A DNA stretch of 64,000 bases from Calditrichales bacterium (GCA_965267575.1 OZ254086.1:1472001-1536000), one strand, 5' to 3'; positions 10,141 to 20,466 are shown, counted from the stretch's first letter. Notes: a model not told the origin generated them from the letters alone. A program made the numbers and translations.

Positions 10141-10704
10141 TCAAGCCTCCCCGGACGGAATCGATTCTTTGTTGCGCAGTGCTTCCAGTTCGGACTGCAT
10201 TTCATGCAGGCGCGTTTTGAGCTGCGAATTTTCAAGTGTGGTCAGACGCAGCCTTTCCGCGATCATTTGCGACAGCCGGCGTAGAATTTTATTGCCCACT
10301 TTGGGATTGGTTTCCAGCAGGTTAAACAGGTCGGGCTGGAAAAAGCCCCACAGGCTGGTCGGTTCCGTGGCCGTGGCCGAAGCAGTGCGCCGGCCTTCCA
10401 GGATCAGCGCCATCTCGCCAAAAAAATCGCCGTTGGAGAGCAGCACCAGCAGCTTTTTCTGCTTGCCGATGGTGATGTTGACCTTGCCTTTTTCGATGAT
10501 GTACATACCAACACCGGGTTCGTTTTCGTGGAAGATCGTTTCATCGGCGCGGTAGGTGCGGCGGTGCAGAATGCGTTCGATTGCTTTCAACTCTTTATAG
10601 CTCAGGTCCTGGAAAATCGGCACGCGCTTGAGCAGCACGTAGATGTTTTCTTTTACGACTTTCTGGCGTTTAAAAATATTGGTCCAGTAAAACTCATCGG
10701 CCAT
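10141..10704 (-). CDS. Cyclic nucleotide-binding domain protein without HTH
   Basis: IFHENEPG.GMYII..G.V, GDFFGEMAL and RTASA motifs; C-terminal coiled coil; ATG at 10704. Confidence 0.88.
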   Translation of the reverse strand: MADEFYWTNIFKRQKVVKENIYVLLKRVPIFQDLSYKELKAIERILHRRTYRADETIFHENEPGVGMYIIEKGKVNITIGKQKKLLVLLSNGDFFGEMALILEGRRTASATATEPTSLWGFFQPDLFNLLETNPKVGNKILRRLSQMIAERLRLTTLENSQLKTRLHEMQSELEALRNKESIPSGEA

Positions 10705-10793
10705 ATAAATGTCATCCTTGTTGCTAGTTTTCCGCGGGAGGGAGAATATACAGGTCGTCCGTAATGATGGCAAAAATTAAAACGGGGTTGGGA

Positions 10794-10841
10794 GGGTCTG
10801 GGAGTCTGGAAGTCTTGAAGTCCTGAAGTCTGGACGTCCGG
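10794..10841 (+). repeat. Octamer array (AAGTCYKG x6), left arm
   Basis: gggtctgg gagtctgg aagtcttg aagtcctg aagtctgg acgtccgg. Confidence 0.85.
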
Positions 10842-10907
10842 TCGTGAGCCTGGATTGCATCGAGGGCGCTTTGTGGAATCAGCATTGTTGTTCTTGCCAA
10901 TGAATCC

Positions 10908-10975
10908 AACGCCGAAGGCGTGACAGGATTGTAGCAAAAGCCCAACCCAATTCTTAAAATCCCGAAGGGATGAAA
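10908..10975. repeat. REP-like doublet of small hairpins
   Basis: ACGCC-GAA-GGCGT..gtag and ATCCC-GAA-GGGAT; similar copy at 13480-13547. Confidence 0.75.
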
Positions 10976-11027
10976 CAATGAACGGGCATATGCTAAAACT
11001 AAAAAAGCCCGGAAGCCGTGATCCCTT

Positions 11028-11066
11028 CAAGACTCCACGACTTCCCGACTATTGACTTCAAGACAT
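11028..11066 (-). repeat. Octamer array (CAAGACTT-like), right arm inverted relative to 10794-10841
   Basis: caagactc cacgactt cccgacta ttgactt caagacat, immediately after the OPT stop codon. Confidence 0.75.
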
Positions 11067-11069
11067 CTT

Positions 11070-13025
11070 TTAGGACTTAATCGACGCGCGGCGGAAATAC
11101 CAGGCCAGGATAACAAAAAGCGCCAGCGCCAGCAGCCAGGCAAAATCTCCGGCCCAGGCAAAGCCGATACCATCCGGCGCCGTGCCCGATATAAACACAA
11201 CCGCGGCGATACCCACGCCCAGCAAGCCTTCTCCGCCAACCAAACCCGAGCCAAACAGGATGCCCCGTTCGCGGCGGCCGGTAGCTTCTTCCTCGCTGGC
11301 CGAATTTTTCTCCAGCCACAACTTGAGCATACCGCCCAGGAAAACGGCAAAGGTAGTCTTTAGCGGCAGGTAAACACCCACGGCAAAAGGCAGGCTGGGG
11401 ATCTTAAATACTTCGCAGAGCAAGGCAATGGCAATACCGATTCCGATAAAGGCCCAGGGCAGCGCGTTGTCAAAAATACCTTCGATAACCAGCTTCATCA
11501 GCGTGGCCTGCGGAGCGGGCAGTTCCTGTCCGCCAAAACCGTAGGCCTGGTCGAGCAGGATAACGGCGCCGGCCACAAATACAGCCGAGGTCAATACCCC
11601 GACCAGTTCACCCATTTGCTGGCGGCGCGGCGTGGCGCCAATCAGGAAACCGGTCTTTAAATCCTGCGATGTATCGCCCGCTATCGATGCGGCAATGGCT
11701 ACAATACAGCCTACCGTGATGGCAGCCACCTTTCCGGCGTCACCGTCAAAGCCCAGCAGCAGAAAAATGGCCGATGTGCCAATCAGCGTGGCGATGGTCA
11801 TGCCGCTTGTCGGGTTGGAGGTAACACCCACCAGACCGACAATACGCGAGGATACGGTGACAAAAAAGAAAGCGAAGATAACTACGAGGATAGCGCCGGC
11901 AATGCGGAAACCAAAAACCTCTATCGGGCCAAAAACGAACGGCACGAGGGCCATGACCAGGGCGATAATGGCGATGCCGATGCCGACGGTTTTGAGCGGC
12001 AGATCATCATCGGTGCGCAGAGAGACAAAGTTGCTGTCAGCCATGCGTTGTTTTAGTTGTTGCAGACCGATCTTGAAGCTTTCGATCATTGTGGGAATGC
12101 TTTTTATAAGTGTGACCAGTCCGGCCGTGGCCACGGCACCGGCCCCGATGTAGCGGATGTAGCGCGTCCAGATCAGCGCGGCGTCCATGTTGGCGATAAT
12201 CTTATCGGTTTCCGGGAAAAGCGGCATCGCGCGGTCAGCGCCCCAGATGGCGATACCCGGTATCAGTACCAGCGACGACAGCAGGCCTCCACCAACCATA
12301 ATCGTGGATATGCGCGGCCCCAGGATGTAGCCGACGCCGAACAAGGCGCTGGACATGGCCAGGGAGATTTCGCCCTTGGGCAAAAAAGGAATCTTGGCTT
12401 TTAACGTACGCGGTGTGAGGTGCAGCCAATCGACGATGAATTTGAACAGCATACCGCTGCCCAAACCAAGGAAAACATTCTTGGCGCGTGAACCGCCCAC
12501 TTCACTGGCAACAAGCACTTCGGCACAGGCGGTGCCCTCCGGATAGGGCAGATGTCCGTGTTCGCGGGCGATCAGGAAACGGCGCAGGGGAATCATAAAC
12601 AGTACACCGAGCAGGCCGCCAAACATGGCCAGCATAGTCATCTGTAATAGTGTCGGCGGCAGACCCCATAGAAACAGCGCCGGCAGAGTAAAGATAATCC
12701 CGCTGGCCAGCGAGCTGGAGGCCGAGCCGATGGTTTGCGACAGGTTGGCTTCCAGGATGCTGCTTTGGTTGCCCATGGCCCGCAGCGCGCGGAAAGCGGC
12801 CACGGTCATAACGGCAACAGGGATGGAAGTAGAAATGGTCAGACCGGCATACAGGCCAAGGTAGGCGTTGGCGGCGCCAAACATCACGCCGAACAGGATC
12901 CCGGCGATAAGCGTTTTGGCGGTAAATTCAACCGGACTTTCCTGTGAGGGCACAAACGGTTCGTAGGTTTCTCCTTTTTCAAGCGGACGGTAAGCGTTCA
13001 GATCCAGGCCTTCTTTGCTCGCCAT
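11070..13025 (-). CDS. OPT family oligopeptide transporter
   Basis: NAYLGLYAGLTISTSIP, LPYPEGTACA, SNPTSG, SQDLKTG and APQATL motifs; GGGAG RBS before ATG at 13025. Confidence 0.95.
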   Translation of the reverse strand: MASKEGLDLNAYRPLEKGETYEPFVPSQESPVEFTAKTLIAGILFGVMFGAANAYLGLYAGLTISTSIPVAVMTVAAFRALRAMGNQSSILEANLSQTIGSASSSLASGIIFTLPALFLWGLPPTLLQMTMLAMFGGLLGVLFMIPLRRFLIAREHGHLPYPEGTACAEVLVASEVGGSRAKNVFLGLGSGMLFKFIVDWLHLTPRTLKAKIPFLPKGEISLAMSSALFGVGYILGPRISTIMVGGGLLSSLVLIPGIAIWGADRAMPLFPETDKIIANMDAALIWTRYIRYIGAGAVATAGLVTLIKSIPTMIESFKIGLQQLKQRMADSNFVSLRTDDDLPLKTVGIGIAIIALVMALVPFVFGPIEVFGFRIAGAILVVIFAFFFVTVSSRIVGLVGVTSNPTSGMTIATLIGTSAIFLLLGFDGDAGKVAAITVGCIVAIAASIAGDTSQDLKTGFLIGATPRRQQMGELVGVLTSAVFVAGAVILLDQAYGFGGQELPAPQATLMKLVIEGIFDNALPWAFIGIGIAIALLCEVFKIPSLPFAVGVYLPLKTTFAVFLGGMLKLWLEKNSASEEEATGRRERGILFGSGLVGGEGLLGVGIAAVVFISGTAPDGIGFAWAGDFAWLLALALFVILAWYFRRASIKS

Positions 13026-13100
13026 ATACTCTCCCAAATGTTATGGTTGAAAAATAAAGGGCTAAGTGTAAGAATTGCGGTTGAAACAGGCAAGTTCTTA

Positions 13101-13613
13101 ACCACAGAGAACGCGGAGGTTTTCACAGAGGGCACGGAGTATTTTTACTGAATGGTCTTTTTCATTTTCATTATTTTAATCTTTCTCCGTCTTTGTGGTG
13201 GTGAGAATTGAGATGGTAGGCGTAAATATGCGATTCAATCATTTTAATAATGATTATGTCCCTGACGGGACTTGTGGGGTATAGGCATTTTGCCTGTCTA
13301 CCAACATTATGCTCCTGACGGGGCCTTATTGTAACATTTAGATTAAGGGTATTTTTGAATTAGTATTCTTTCTCATTTTAATTCTCTTAATCGTTATTCG
13401 TTTTTTTGTGGTGGGAGAATGGGAACACGGAGCACACAAGTGGCGCAGATAAATCCAAAGATCTGCGATGGGTCTTTCAAACGCCGAAGGCGTGGCAGGA
13501 TTATAGCATAAGTATCCCAATATTTCTCCAAAATCGCGAAGGGATGGTATAGAGGTCGCGCCCATCCGCACCAACCCAACCATTCATTAATTCAATAATT
13601 CAACGATTCGTCA
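13101..13613. repeat. Intergenic mosaic of short repeat and palindromic elements
   Basis: CACAGAG/CACGGAG units, hexamer arrays, GTCCCTGACGGGAC and GCTCCTGACGGGGC hairpins, REP-like doublet, ATTCAAYA octamer array (13582-13613). Confidence 0.75.
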
Positions 13614-13624
13614 CTCCACCCGTC

Positions 13625-14431
13625 TCACATATCCCTCTTGGCAAACACGCCGTAGGCCGCGGCGCTGAATACCGCAAACAGACTTCCCAAATAAATAAAG
13701 GCACGTGTAAAATTATAATCACCCGCGCCGATTTGCGTGGGCTGGTAATAGCCAAACAGGCTCCAGGGCTGCAGGAATTCGATATCCGGCCAGATGCGGA
13801 TGATGGCGTCGAGAACGAAAAGAACGACCAGGATACCGGCGCTCCAACCGATGGTGCGGCCACGGTAGCTGTTCAACACCGCCACCAGCATGACAATCGC
13901 GCCAACGGCGGTGAAAAAAAACCAACCGACAGCGGCAATTACCAGCAGGCTTTGAACGGGCATGGGCTCATCCAGCCCGGAGAGCACTTTGCCGATATAA
14001 CTGCCCAAAAGCATAACAGCGAATGTCAGCAACACGGCAATCATAACATACACCTGCACCGCCAGCAGCAGTTTTGGCCGCGGCAGTACGCGGTTGGCCA
14101 AAAGCTCAATACCGCGCGTTTCGATTTCCGCGGTGATGTGTCCGCTGAAGGCGGCAATGCCGATACTGCTCAGCAACAGCAGCACGGAAGGATGGCCAAA
14201 GCCAAAAGCGAGAAACTGTTTGCCGCTGAACGTCTCGCCGATGAGGCCGGAAACCTGCTTGATAAAGCCCGGCATCACCTGGTAGAGGCTTTCCATAAAC
14301 AGGCGCAGTTCCGAAGTGGCCAGGATGTAGGCATATAAAATCTGCATGATGCCGGTAAACAACATGGTCAGCAACAGGACCCAGCGCTGGCGGTAAAAAA
14401 TCATCCGCAGGTGATACAAAAAAGCCATCAT
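13625..14431 (-). CDS. ABC-2 type exporter permease
   Basis: About six TM segments; ITAEIETRGIELL motif; C-terminal F.KRD. Confidence 0.88.
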   Translation of the reverse strand: MMAFLYHLRMIFYRQRWVLLLTMLFTGIMQILYAYILATSELRLFMESLYQVMPGFIKQVSGLIGETFSGKQFLAFGFGHPSVLLLLSSIGIAAFSGHITAEIETRGIELLANRVLPRPKLLLAVQVYVMIAVLLTFAVMLLGSYIGKVLSGLDEPMPVQSLLVIAAVGWFFFTAVGAIVMLVAVLNSYRGRTIGWSAGILVVLFVLDAIIRIWPDIEFLQPWSLFGYYQPTQIGAGDYNFTRAFIYLGSLFAVFSAAAYGVFAKRDM

Positions 14432-15330
14432 GCGCGGCGATTCCCTTCACGGTAAAAGTCCATAAAATAATCTTCCAGCGAGGAAGGCGGGATATGCAGG
14501 TCTGCCACGTCAAATTGTGCCAGAAGCTTGACCAGCTTGTCGCTTTGCCCATCGATCTCCAGTTCCATAAAATGGCCTTCGCTGTGGCGAATGTTAAAAT
14601 GGCCGGCCAGCTTTTGCGGGTCTACAGGCGTTTTAAACCAGATTTTGGCAAAGCGCGGCAGACGCTTTTTTAGGTTCTCCAGGCTGTCCTGTTCCACAAG
14701 CACCCCGTCTTTGATGATGCCCACATGGTGACACACTTTTTCAACCTCGGCCAGGTTGTGCGAGGAGAAAAAGACCGTATGGCCGGCCGCGGCAAACTCA
14801 CGCACATAATTATATAAGGTGCTTTGCATCAGCGGATCCAGGCGCTCGGAAGGTTCATCGAGTATGAGCAGCTGCGGCTTATGCTGCATGGCCTGGATCA
14901 GGATAAGCTTTTGCTTCATGCCCTGCGAGTACTGGCCGATTTTTTTATCCAGGTCGCGCGGGGTGAGTTTGAAATCATCGCACAATTTTTGACGCCACGC
15001 CGCATCGGCGGGCAGAAAACGTCCCCAGTAATCCAGCGCCTGGCGACCGTTTAACCCGCCAAACAGGTGCACTTCGCCGGGCACTACGCCAATCCGCCTT
15101 GCTACATCTGCAAAACGGGACGGCACTTCCTGACCCAGCACTGAAATCGAACCGCTATTGGCTTTGGCGAGATTGAGCAGCATGCGGATGGTGGTGGTTT
15201 TACCCGCACCGTTAGCGCCAAGGTAGCCGTAGATCGTGCCTCGCGGCACGTGCAGGTTTACTTTATCGACCGCAGCAAAATTGCCAAAGTATTTGCTCAG
15301 CTGCCGTGTTTCAATGGCTGTATCACTCAT
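14428..15330 (-). CDS. ABC transporter ATP-binding protein
   Basis: GANGAGKTT Walker A, YSQGMKQK signature, LILDEP Walker B, SSH. Confidence 0.95.
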   Translation of the reverse strand: MSDTAIETRQLSKYFGNFAAVDKVNLHVPRGTIYGYLGANGAGKTTTIRMLLNLAKANSGSISVLGQEVPSRFADVARRIGVVPGEVHLFGGLNGRQALDYWGRFLPADAAWRQKLCDDFKLTPRDLDKKIGQYSQGMKQKLILIQAMQHKPQLLILDEPSERLDPLMQSTLYNYVREFAAAGHTVFFSSHNLAEVEKVCHHVGIIKDGVLVEQDSLENLKKRLPRFAKIWFKTPVDPQKLAGHFNIRHSEGHFMELEIDGQSDKLVKLLAQFDVADLHIPPSSLEDYFMDFYREGNRRA

Positions 15331-15435
15331 TAGCCGGTCAATTTCCTTTTTTGTTTGCCAAGCCCGAATAGATTTATGAGCTTTCCTTCGTTAAATTAAA
15401 GACTCTATCGAACTTCAAAGCAAGGAGATATATTC

Positions 15436-17703
15436 ATGGTCTTCGATCTGGAAATGATCAAAAAAACATATCAACAGTTTCCGGCACGCATCGCGGCCGC
15501 CCGCAAAGCTCTGGGCCGTCCCCTGAGCCTAACCGAAAAAATTCTCTACAGCCACCTGTGGGACGGCGAAGCGACAAAAGCCTTTACGCGCGGCAAAGAT
15601 TACGTGGAATTTGCGCCCGACCGCGTTGCCATGCAAGACGCCACGGCGCAGATGGCCCTGCTGCAGTTTATGCAGGCCGGACGTAAAAAAGCGGCAGTGC
15701 CCTCCACGGTCCATTGCGATCACCTGATCCAGGCGCAGGCCGGGGCACACACCGACCTGAACCATGCCCTGGAAACCAACCGTGAAGTTTACGACTTCCT
15801 GGAGTCGGTTTCCAATAAGTACGGTATCGGTTTCTGGAAGCCCGGCGCGGGTATTATCCACCAGGTAGTTCTGGAAAACTACGCCTTTCCCGGCGGCATG
15901 ATGATCGGGACCGACTCGCATACGGTAAATGCCGGTGGCCTGGGTATGGTGGCCATTGGTGTGGGCGGCGCCGACGCCGTGGATGTGATGGCCGGTATGC
16001 CGTGGGAGCTCAAATTTCCAAAGTTGATTGGTGTAAAACTCACAGGAAAGCTCAGCGGATGGACCGCCTCTAAGGATGTGATTTTAAAAGTGGCCGGGAT
16101 TTTAACGGTTAAGGGCGGCACGGGCTGCATCCTGGAGTATTTTGGTGAAGGCGCCAAAAGCCTCTCCTGCACCGGTAAAGGCACCATCTGTAATATGGGT
16201 GCAGAGATCGGCGCCACCACCTCCACCTTTGGCTACGACCAGAAAATGTCCGAGTATCTGCGCGGCACAGACCGTGCGGAGGTTGCAGACCTGGCCGACA
16301 AGATTGCCGAACACCTGACGGGCGACAAAGAGGTATATGACAATCCTGAAAAATATTTTGACCAGGTTATCGAGATTAATCTCTCCGAACTGGAGCCGCA
16401 CATTAACGGGCCGTTTACACCGGACCTGGCCACGCCGATTTCGCAGTTTGGCAAAAAGGTCAAGCAGGAAGGCTGGCCGCAAAAACTGGAAGTGGGCCTG
16501 ATCGGGTCGTGCACCAACAGCTCTTATGAAGACATTACGCGCGCGGCTTCCGTTGCCAAAGCGGCCGCCGACAAAGGCCTCAAGGCCATATCCGAATTTA
16601 CGATCACCCCGGGTTCGGAGCAGGTGCGATTTACAGTGGAGCGTGACGGTTACCTGGATACATTCGAGCAAATCGGCGGCGTGGTATTGGCCAATGCCTG
16701 CGGTCCCTGCATCGGGCAGTGGAAGCGGCACGGCGCGGAGAAAAAAGAGAAAAATTCGATTATTACCTCCTTTAACCGCAACTTTGCCAAGCGCAACGAC
16801 GGCAATCCCAATACGCACAGCTTTGTGGCTTCACCGGAACTGGTAACCGCCATGGCGCTTGCCGGCGATCTGACATTCAATCCGCTGAAGGACACGTTAA
16901 AAAATGAAAAAGGCGAAGATGTGAAGCTGCCGGAGCCGCTTGGCCTGGAGATGCCCTCCAAAGGTTTTGCTGTGGAAGATGCAGGCTACATCGAACCGGC
17001 CAAAGACGGCTCGGGGCTTGAGGTGAAAGTCGATCCTTCATCGGACCGTTTACAACTGCTGGCGCCCTTTGAGCCGTGGGATGGCAAAAACATTAGCGGC
17101 ATGAAGCTGCTGATCAAAGCAAAGGGAAAATGCACCACCGACCATATCTCCATGGCCGGACCGTGGCTGCGTTACCGCGGACACCTGGACAATATCGCCA
17201 ACAACACGTTGACAGGCGCCATCAACTTTTTCAATGATGAAGCGGGCGTGGTGAAAAACCGGCTGACCGGAGAATATCAACCTGTTCCGGATGTGGCACG
17301 TGCTTACAAAAAAGAGGGTATCCCGACTATCGTCGTGGGTGACGAAAACTACGGGGAGGGCTCGTCCCGCGAGCACGCCGCCATGCAGCCGCGGCACCTG
17401 GGTGTGCGTGCCGTGCTGGTTCGTTCCTTCGCGCGTATCCACGAAACCAACCTGAAGAAGCAGGGCATGCTGGCACTAACCTTCGCCAACCCGGCCGACT
17501 ACGACAAGATCCGTGAAGACGATGATATTGATTTTGCCGATCTGGACAAATTCGCGCCGGACAAGCCTCTGACGCTGGTTCTGCGGCACAGTGACGGCAG
17601 CGAGGATCAGATCAAGGCTAACCATTCCTACAATGCGCAGCAGATTGCCTGGTTAAGGGCCGGCTCCGCGTTGAACATGATCCGCCAGCAAAACAAGAAT
17701 TAA
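15436..17703 (+). CDS. Aconitate hydratase (mitochondrial/Bacteroidota type)
   Basis: [42 protein letters not shown] and [21 protein letters not shown]. Confidence 0.97.
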   Translation: MVFDLEMIKKTYQQFPARIAAARKALGRPLSLTEKILYSHLWDGEATKAFTRGKDYVEFAPDRVAMQDATAQMALLQFMQAGRKKAAVPSTVHCDHLIQAQAGAHTDLNHALETNREVYDFLESVSNKYGIGFWKPGAGIIHQVVLENYAFPGGMMIGTDSHTVNAGGLGMVAIGVGGADAVDVMAGMPWELKFPKLIGVKLTGKLSGWTASKDVILKVAGILTVKGGTGCILEYFGEGAKSLSCTGKGTICNMGAEIGATTSTFGYDQKMSEYLRGTDRAEVADLADKIAEHLTGDKEVYDNPEKYFDQVIEINLSELEPHINGPFTPDLATPISQFGKKVKQEGWPQKLEVGLIGSCTNSSYEDITRAASVAKAAADKGLKAISEFTITPGSEQVRFTVERDGYLDTFEQIGGVVLANACGPCIGQWKRHGAEKKEKNSIITSFNRNFAKRNDGNPNTHSFVASPELVTAMALAGDLTFNPLKDTLKNEKGEDVKLPEPLGLEMPSKGFAVEDAGYIEPAKDGSGLEVKVDPSSDRLQLLAPFEPWDGKNISGMKLLIKAKGKCTTDHISMAGPWLRYRGHLDNIANNTLTGAINFFNDEAGVVKNRLTGEYQPVPDVARAYKKEGIPTIVVGDENYGEGSSREHAAMQPRHLGVRAVLVRSFARIHETNLKKQGMLALTFANPADYDKIREDDDIDFADLDKFAPDKPLTLVLRHSDGSEDQIKANHSYNAQQIAWLRAGSALNMIRQQNKN

Positions 17704-17715
17704 GACACACAGATG

Positions 17716-17743
17716 AGGGCTGTTCAAAAGACAGCCCTTTTTT
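17716..17743 (+). terminator. Intrinsic terminator after aconitase
   Basis: AGGGCTGT-N7-ACAGCCCT followed by T run. Confidence 0.85.
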
Positions 17744-17749
17744 ATATCC

Positions 17750-19090
17750 ATGAACAAACCCGTTTCACCACTAAAAATCCAACTTATAGCCGAGAAATCC
17801 GCTTTTGAAGAGCGTCTCGGAAGAGCTCTTGGTGACGACTTTGAACTTAAACGCGTCACGCTTAAAACCTGGCTCTCCGGCGCCTTTAGCAATATGTCCT
17901 GCGGTTTGCAGATTATTTGCAGCCCGATCCCGGTGACTCTCTCGGAGGCGCTATTGGATGAGATTGAGGTGCGCTCACAGGCGGCGCCGGTTTTGCTGCT
18001 GGTGGATAAAAAGGACATTCCCTTTGGTGTGCAGGCACTCGCTCGGGGCGCTTTCCAATACGTAAAAATGCCGCTGGCTGACGAAGAGCTGAAGCTTCTG
18101 GTTACAACCGCGGTTGACCAGCCGGGTGCGGAGGAGACAAAGGAAGCTGTTGAAGGCCTGGATCAGCTTATCGGGCAGGCTGCCGTTATGCGCTCACTTT
18201 ATGACCTGGTCCATAATGCCGCGGAAAGCGATATACCGGTTTTGATCCTCGGTGAAACGGGCACGGGCAAAGACCTGGTGGCTCAGGCGATCCATAATAT
18301 GAGTTCCAGGAGCGCTGAAAATTATATCCCGGTTAACCTGGGTGCCATCCCGCGTGATTTGATTGGCAATGAATTGTTTGGCCATGAAAAAGGCGCTTTT
18401 ACCGGAGCGCAGAAAAAGCACAGCGGCGTGTTTGAGCAGGCCGCCGGCGGCACCGTTTTTCTGGATGAGATAGATACGGTTGATGAAAAAGTGCAGATCA
18501 GCCTGTTGCGCCTTCTGGAACAAAAACGCTTTAAGCGACTGGGCGGTAAGCGTTTTATAAAAAGCCATGCCCGCGTTATCGCTGCTACCAACAACGATCT
18601 TGTGGAGCTTGTAAAAAGCGGTAATTTCCGCCAGGACCTCTTTTTCCGGCTCGACGTTTTTCGTATTACCGTGCCCCCGCTGCGCGAAAGGCGTGAAGAT
18701 ATCCCCATGCTCAGCCGTCATTTTCTGGCCCTGTTCAGGCGCACGATGAAGCGCAAAGTCAATCAAATCGGGAATGCCTGTATGCAGGCCCTGCAAAATT
18801 ACGACTGGCCTGGAAACGTGCGCGAGCTGAAAAACGTTATTCAGCGGGCAACACTGGTCTGCGAAGACGAAGCTTTAGGGCCTGAACATTTGCCGCCGCG
18901 TTTCCAAAAGCACCATAAGCCTGCCGATACCATCACCATCAAAATCGGCACTCCTTTGGCCGATGTGGAAAAGACCATGGTGGAGCAGGCCTTGCGTCTT
19001 TCCGCAAATAACCGCACGGAAGCCGCCCGTTTGCTGGGAATTAGCAGAAGAGCCATCTATAATAAACTAAAAAAATACGGCCTTCTGTAA
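17750..19090 (+). CDS. Sigma54-dependent enhancer-binding protein with degenerate receiver domain
   Basis: GETGTGKD, ELFGHEKGAFTGA, FLDEI, WPGNVREL and a Fis-type HTH; N-terminal receiver-like region lacks the acidic pocket and phospho-Asp. Confidence 0.93.
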   Translation: MNKPVSPLKIQLIAEKSAFEERLGRALGDDFELKRVTLKTWLSGAFSNMSCGLQIICSPIPVTLSEALLDEIEVRSQAAPVLLLVDKKDIPFGVQALARGAFQYVKMPLADEELKLLVTTAVDQPGAEETKEAVEGLDQLIGQAAVMRSLYDLVHNAAESDIPVLILGETGTGKDLVAQAIHNMSSRSAENYIPVNLGAIPRDLIGNELFGHEKGAFTGAQKKHSGVFEQAAGGTVFLDEIDTVDEKVQISLLRLLEQKRFKRLGGKRFIKSHARVIAATNNDLVELVKSGNFRQDLFFRLDVFRITVPPLRERREDIPMLSRHFLALFRRTMKRKVNQIGNACMQALQNYDWPGNVRELKNVIQRATLVCEDEALGPEHLPPRFQKHHKPADTITIKIGTPLADVEKTMVEQALRLSANNRTEAARLLGISRRAIYNKLKKYGLL

Positions 19091-19127
19091 ACTATCTTCA
19101 CGGCTTGTCGCCTGAAAACCAAACCCC

Positions 19128-19182
19128 GTACCATACCTGCACACTCTTTTTTGAAATACCACTAAGTGTACCGATCGTGCAC
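19128..19182. promoter_or_regulatory. Candidate tandem enhancer (UAS) sites GTACC-N5-TGCAC
   Basis: GTACCATACCTGCAC (19128-19142) and GTACCGATCGTGCAC (19168-19182), 40 bp apart and upstream of the -24/-12 element. Confidence 0.55.
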
Positions 19183-19259
19183 GATCTGGCTTGCGTAAAT
19201 TCCCGCATTTTGCTGTCGCGCAAAGGCTTAAATTCCGTAAATACAGTTATTTAAGGTTC

Positions 19260-19275
19260 TGGCATGGGTGTTGCT
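19260..19275 (+). promoter_or_regulatory. Sigma54 (-24/-12) promoter
   Basis: TGGCATGGGTGTTGCT matches TGGCAC-N5-TTGC with exact GG-N10-GC spacing, directly after a bEBP gene. Confidence 0.85.
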
Positions 19276-19309
19276 TTTATATATGGCAAACAAAAGCGAG
19301 GTGATATGC

Positions 19310-20038
19310 ATGTTAAAACAAGTCAAACATCTTATTGGTAGAAAATTGACAATTCGTGACCAGACACTTGGTGAGGTCGGCGATATGCTTATCGACGACT
19401 CTAATTGGCAAATGCGTTATTGGGTGTGTGTTGTACCGGCGACGCAAAAGCAATGGCTTTTTAAGGCAGACGCATTAAAATCGTCTGAAACAGATTCCGG
19501 TTACCTGGCCATAAAGCTCAGGCACGGCAATATACTTGATGCAGACAAGGTGCCGCCTGTAAGCAAGCAGAAAAAGAAAGAAATGCAAAAATATAAAGAA
19601 TGGCCGCTCAATAACATGAACCTGGATGCGCTGAGCGAAGAGGAAGCTCTTGAGCTGGCTGAGATCATGTCCAGCCACAGCGGGTTGAAGAACAGCAGAT
19701 CGATGATCCTTGATGAGCATCTGCGCAGTGTCAAGGAAATTATGGGATACCGCATTGATACTGTTGATGATGAATTCGGCCACGTGGACGATTTTATTGT
19801 TGATGACAGCGACTGGTTGATTCGCTATGTCGTTATTGATACACGCAACTGGCTGCCGGGTGGAAAGCGCTTGTTGCTGCCGGTAACATGGATTGAAGAT
19901 ATCATGTGGAGCGATAACACCATCAAGACTGCACAAAGCCGCGAAAAGCTGGAAGGATGTCCGGAATTTGAAGACGGACAAAGAATTACAGCAGAAGAAG
20001 AATTAACCATTTTTAAACACTACGGAGGACATCTTTAA
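19310..20038 (+). CDS. Tandem PRC-barrel domain protein
   Basis: Two repeats of G.V.D..IDD..W..RY.V; LRSVKEIMGY; GAGGTG RBS before ATG at 19310. Confidence 0.85.
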   Translation: MLKQVKHLIGRKLTIRDQTLGEVGDMLIDDSNWQMRYWVCVVPATQKQWLFKADALKSSETDSGYLAIKLRHGNILDADKVPPVSKQKKKEMQKYKEWPLNNMNLDALSEEEALELAEIMSSHSGLKNSRSMILDEHLRSVKEIMGYRIDTVDDEFGHVDDFIVDDSDWLIRYVVIDTRNWLPGGKRLLLPVTWIEDIMWSDNTIKTAQSREKLEGCPEFEDGQRITAEEELTIFKHYGGHL

Positions 20039-20452
20039 TTGAGTTTATGGAATGACTTGTGGCCGGTTGTGGTCGTTTCCACACGCGAAGATATGGAGCT
20101 TTTGAGGGCCGTGGTGGCCGGGCGCTGTGTGCCGCTGATACGCCAGGATATCAGCCGCCTTTTGTTTGTCATCCGCCACCAGATGCCTTTTGCCATCATC
20201 ATTGAAAGTAATTACCTGGAAGAAGATGCGCTGGAAGTGATTCTGAATATCCGCGATGTGGACAAAACCATACCGGTGCTAATTTACGGAGAAAGCACCC
20301 GCGCGCTGGACAACTTTCGCGACGATGAAAATGATCGTCACACGGTGGAGATCAAATCGGCCAAAGACGTGTGTATTTTATTAAAAAGAATGCGTTCGCA
20401 AAGCGCGGGAAAAAAATATAATAAAATAACAGGAAATTACAGATACGCCTAA
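20039..20452 (+). CDS. Atypical receiver-like protein (Glu at the phospho-Asp position)
   Basis: PFAIIIESNYLEEDALEVILNIRDVDKTIPVLIY aligns to the receiver core; TTG start with GGAGG RBS. Confidence 0.6.
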   Translation: MSLWNDLWPVVVVSTREDMELLRAVVAGRCVPLIRQDISRLLFVIRHQMPFAIIIESNYLEEDALEVILNIRDVDKTIPVLIYGESTRALDNFRDDENDRHTVEIKSAKDVCILLKRMRSQSAGKKYNKITGNYRYA

Positions 20453-20466
20453 CAAAAGGAGGATAT

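Noticed and set aside
13338-13583. Short ORFs in the intergenic region upstream of the OPT gene
   Set aside because: Composed of repeat-derived sequence with no RBS or motif
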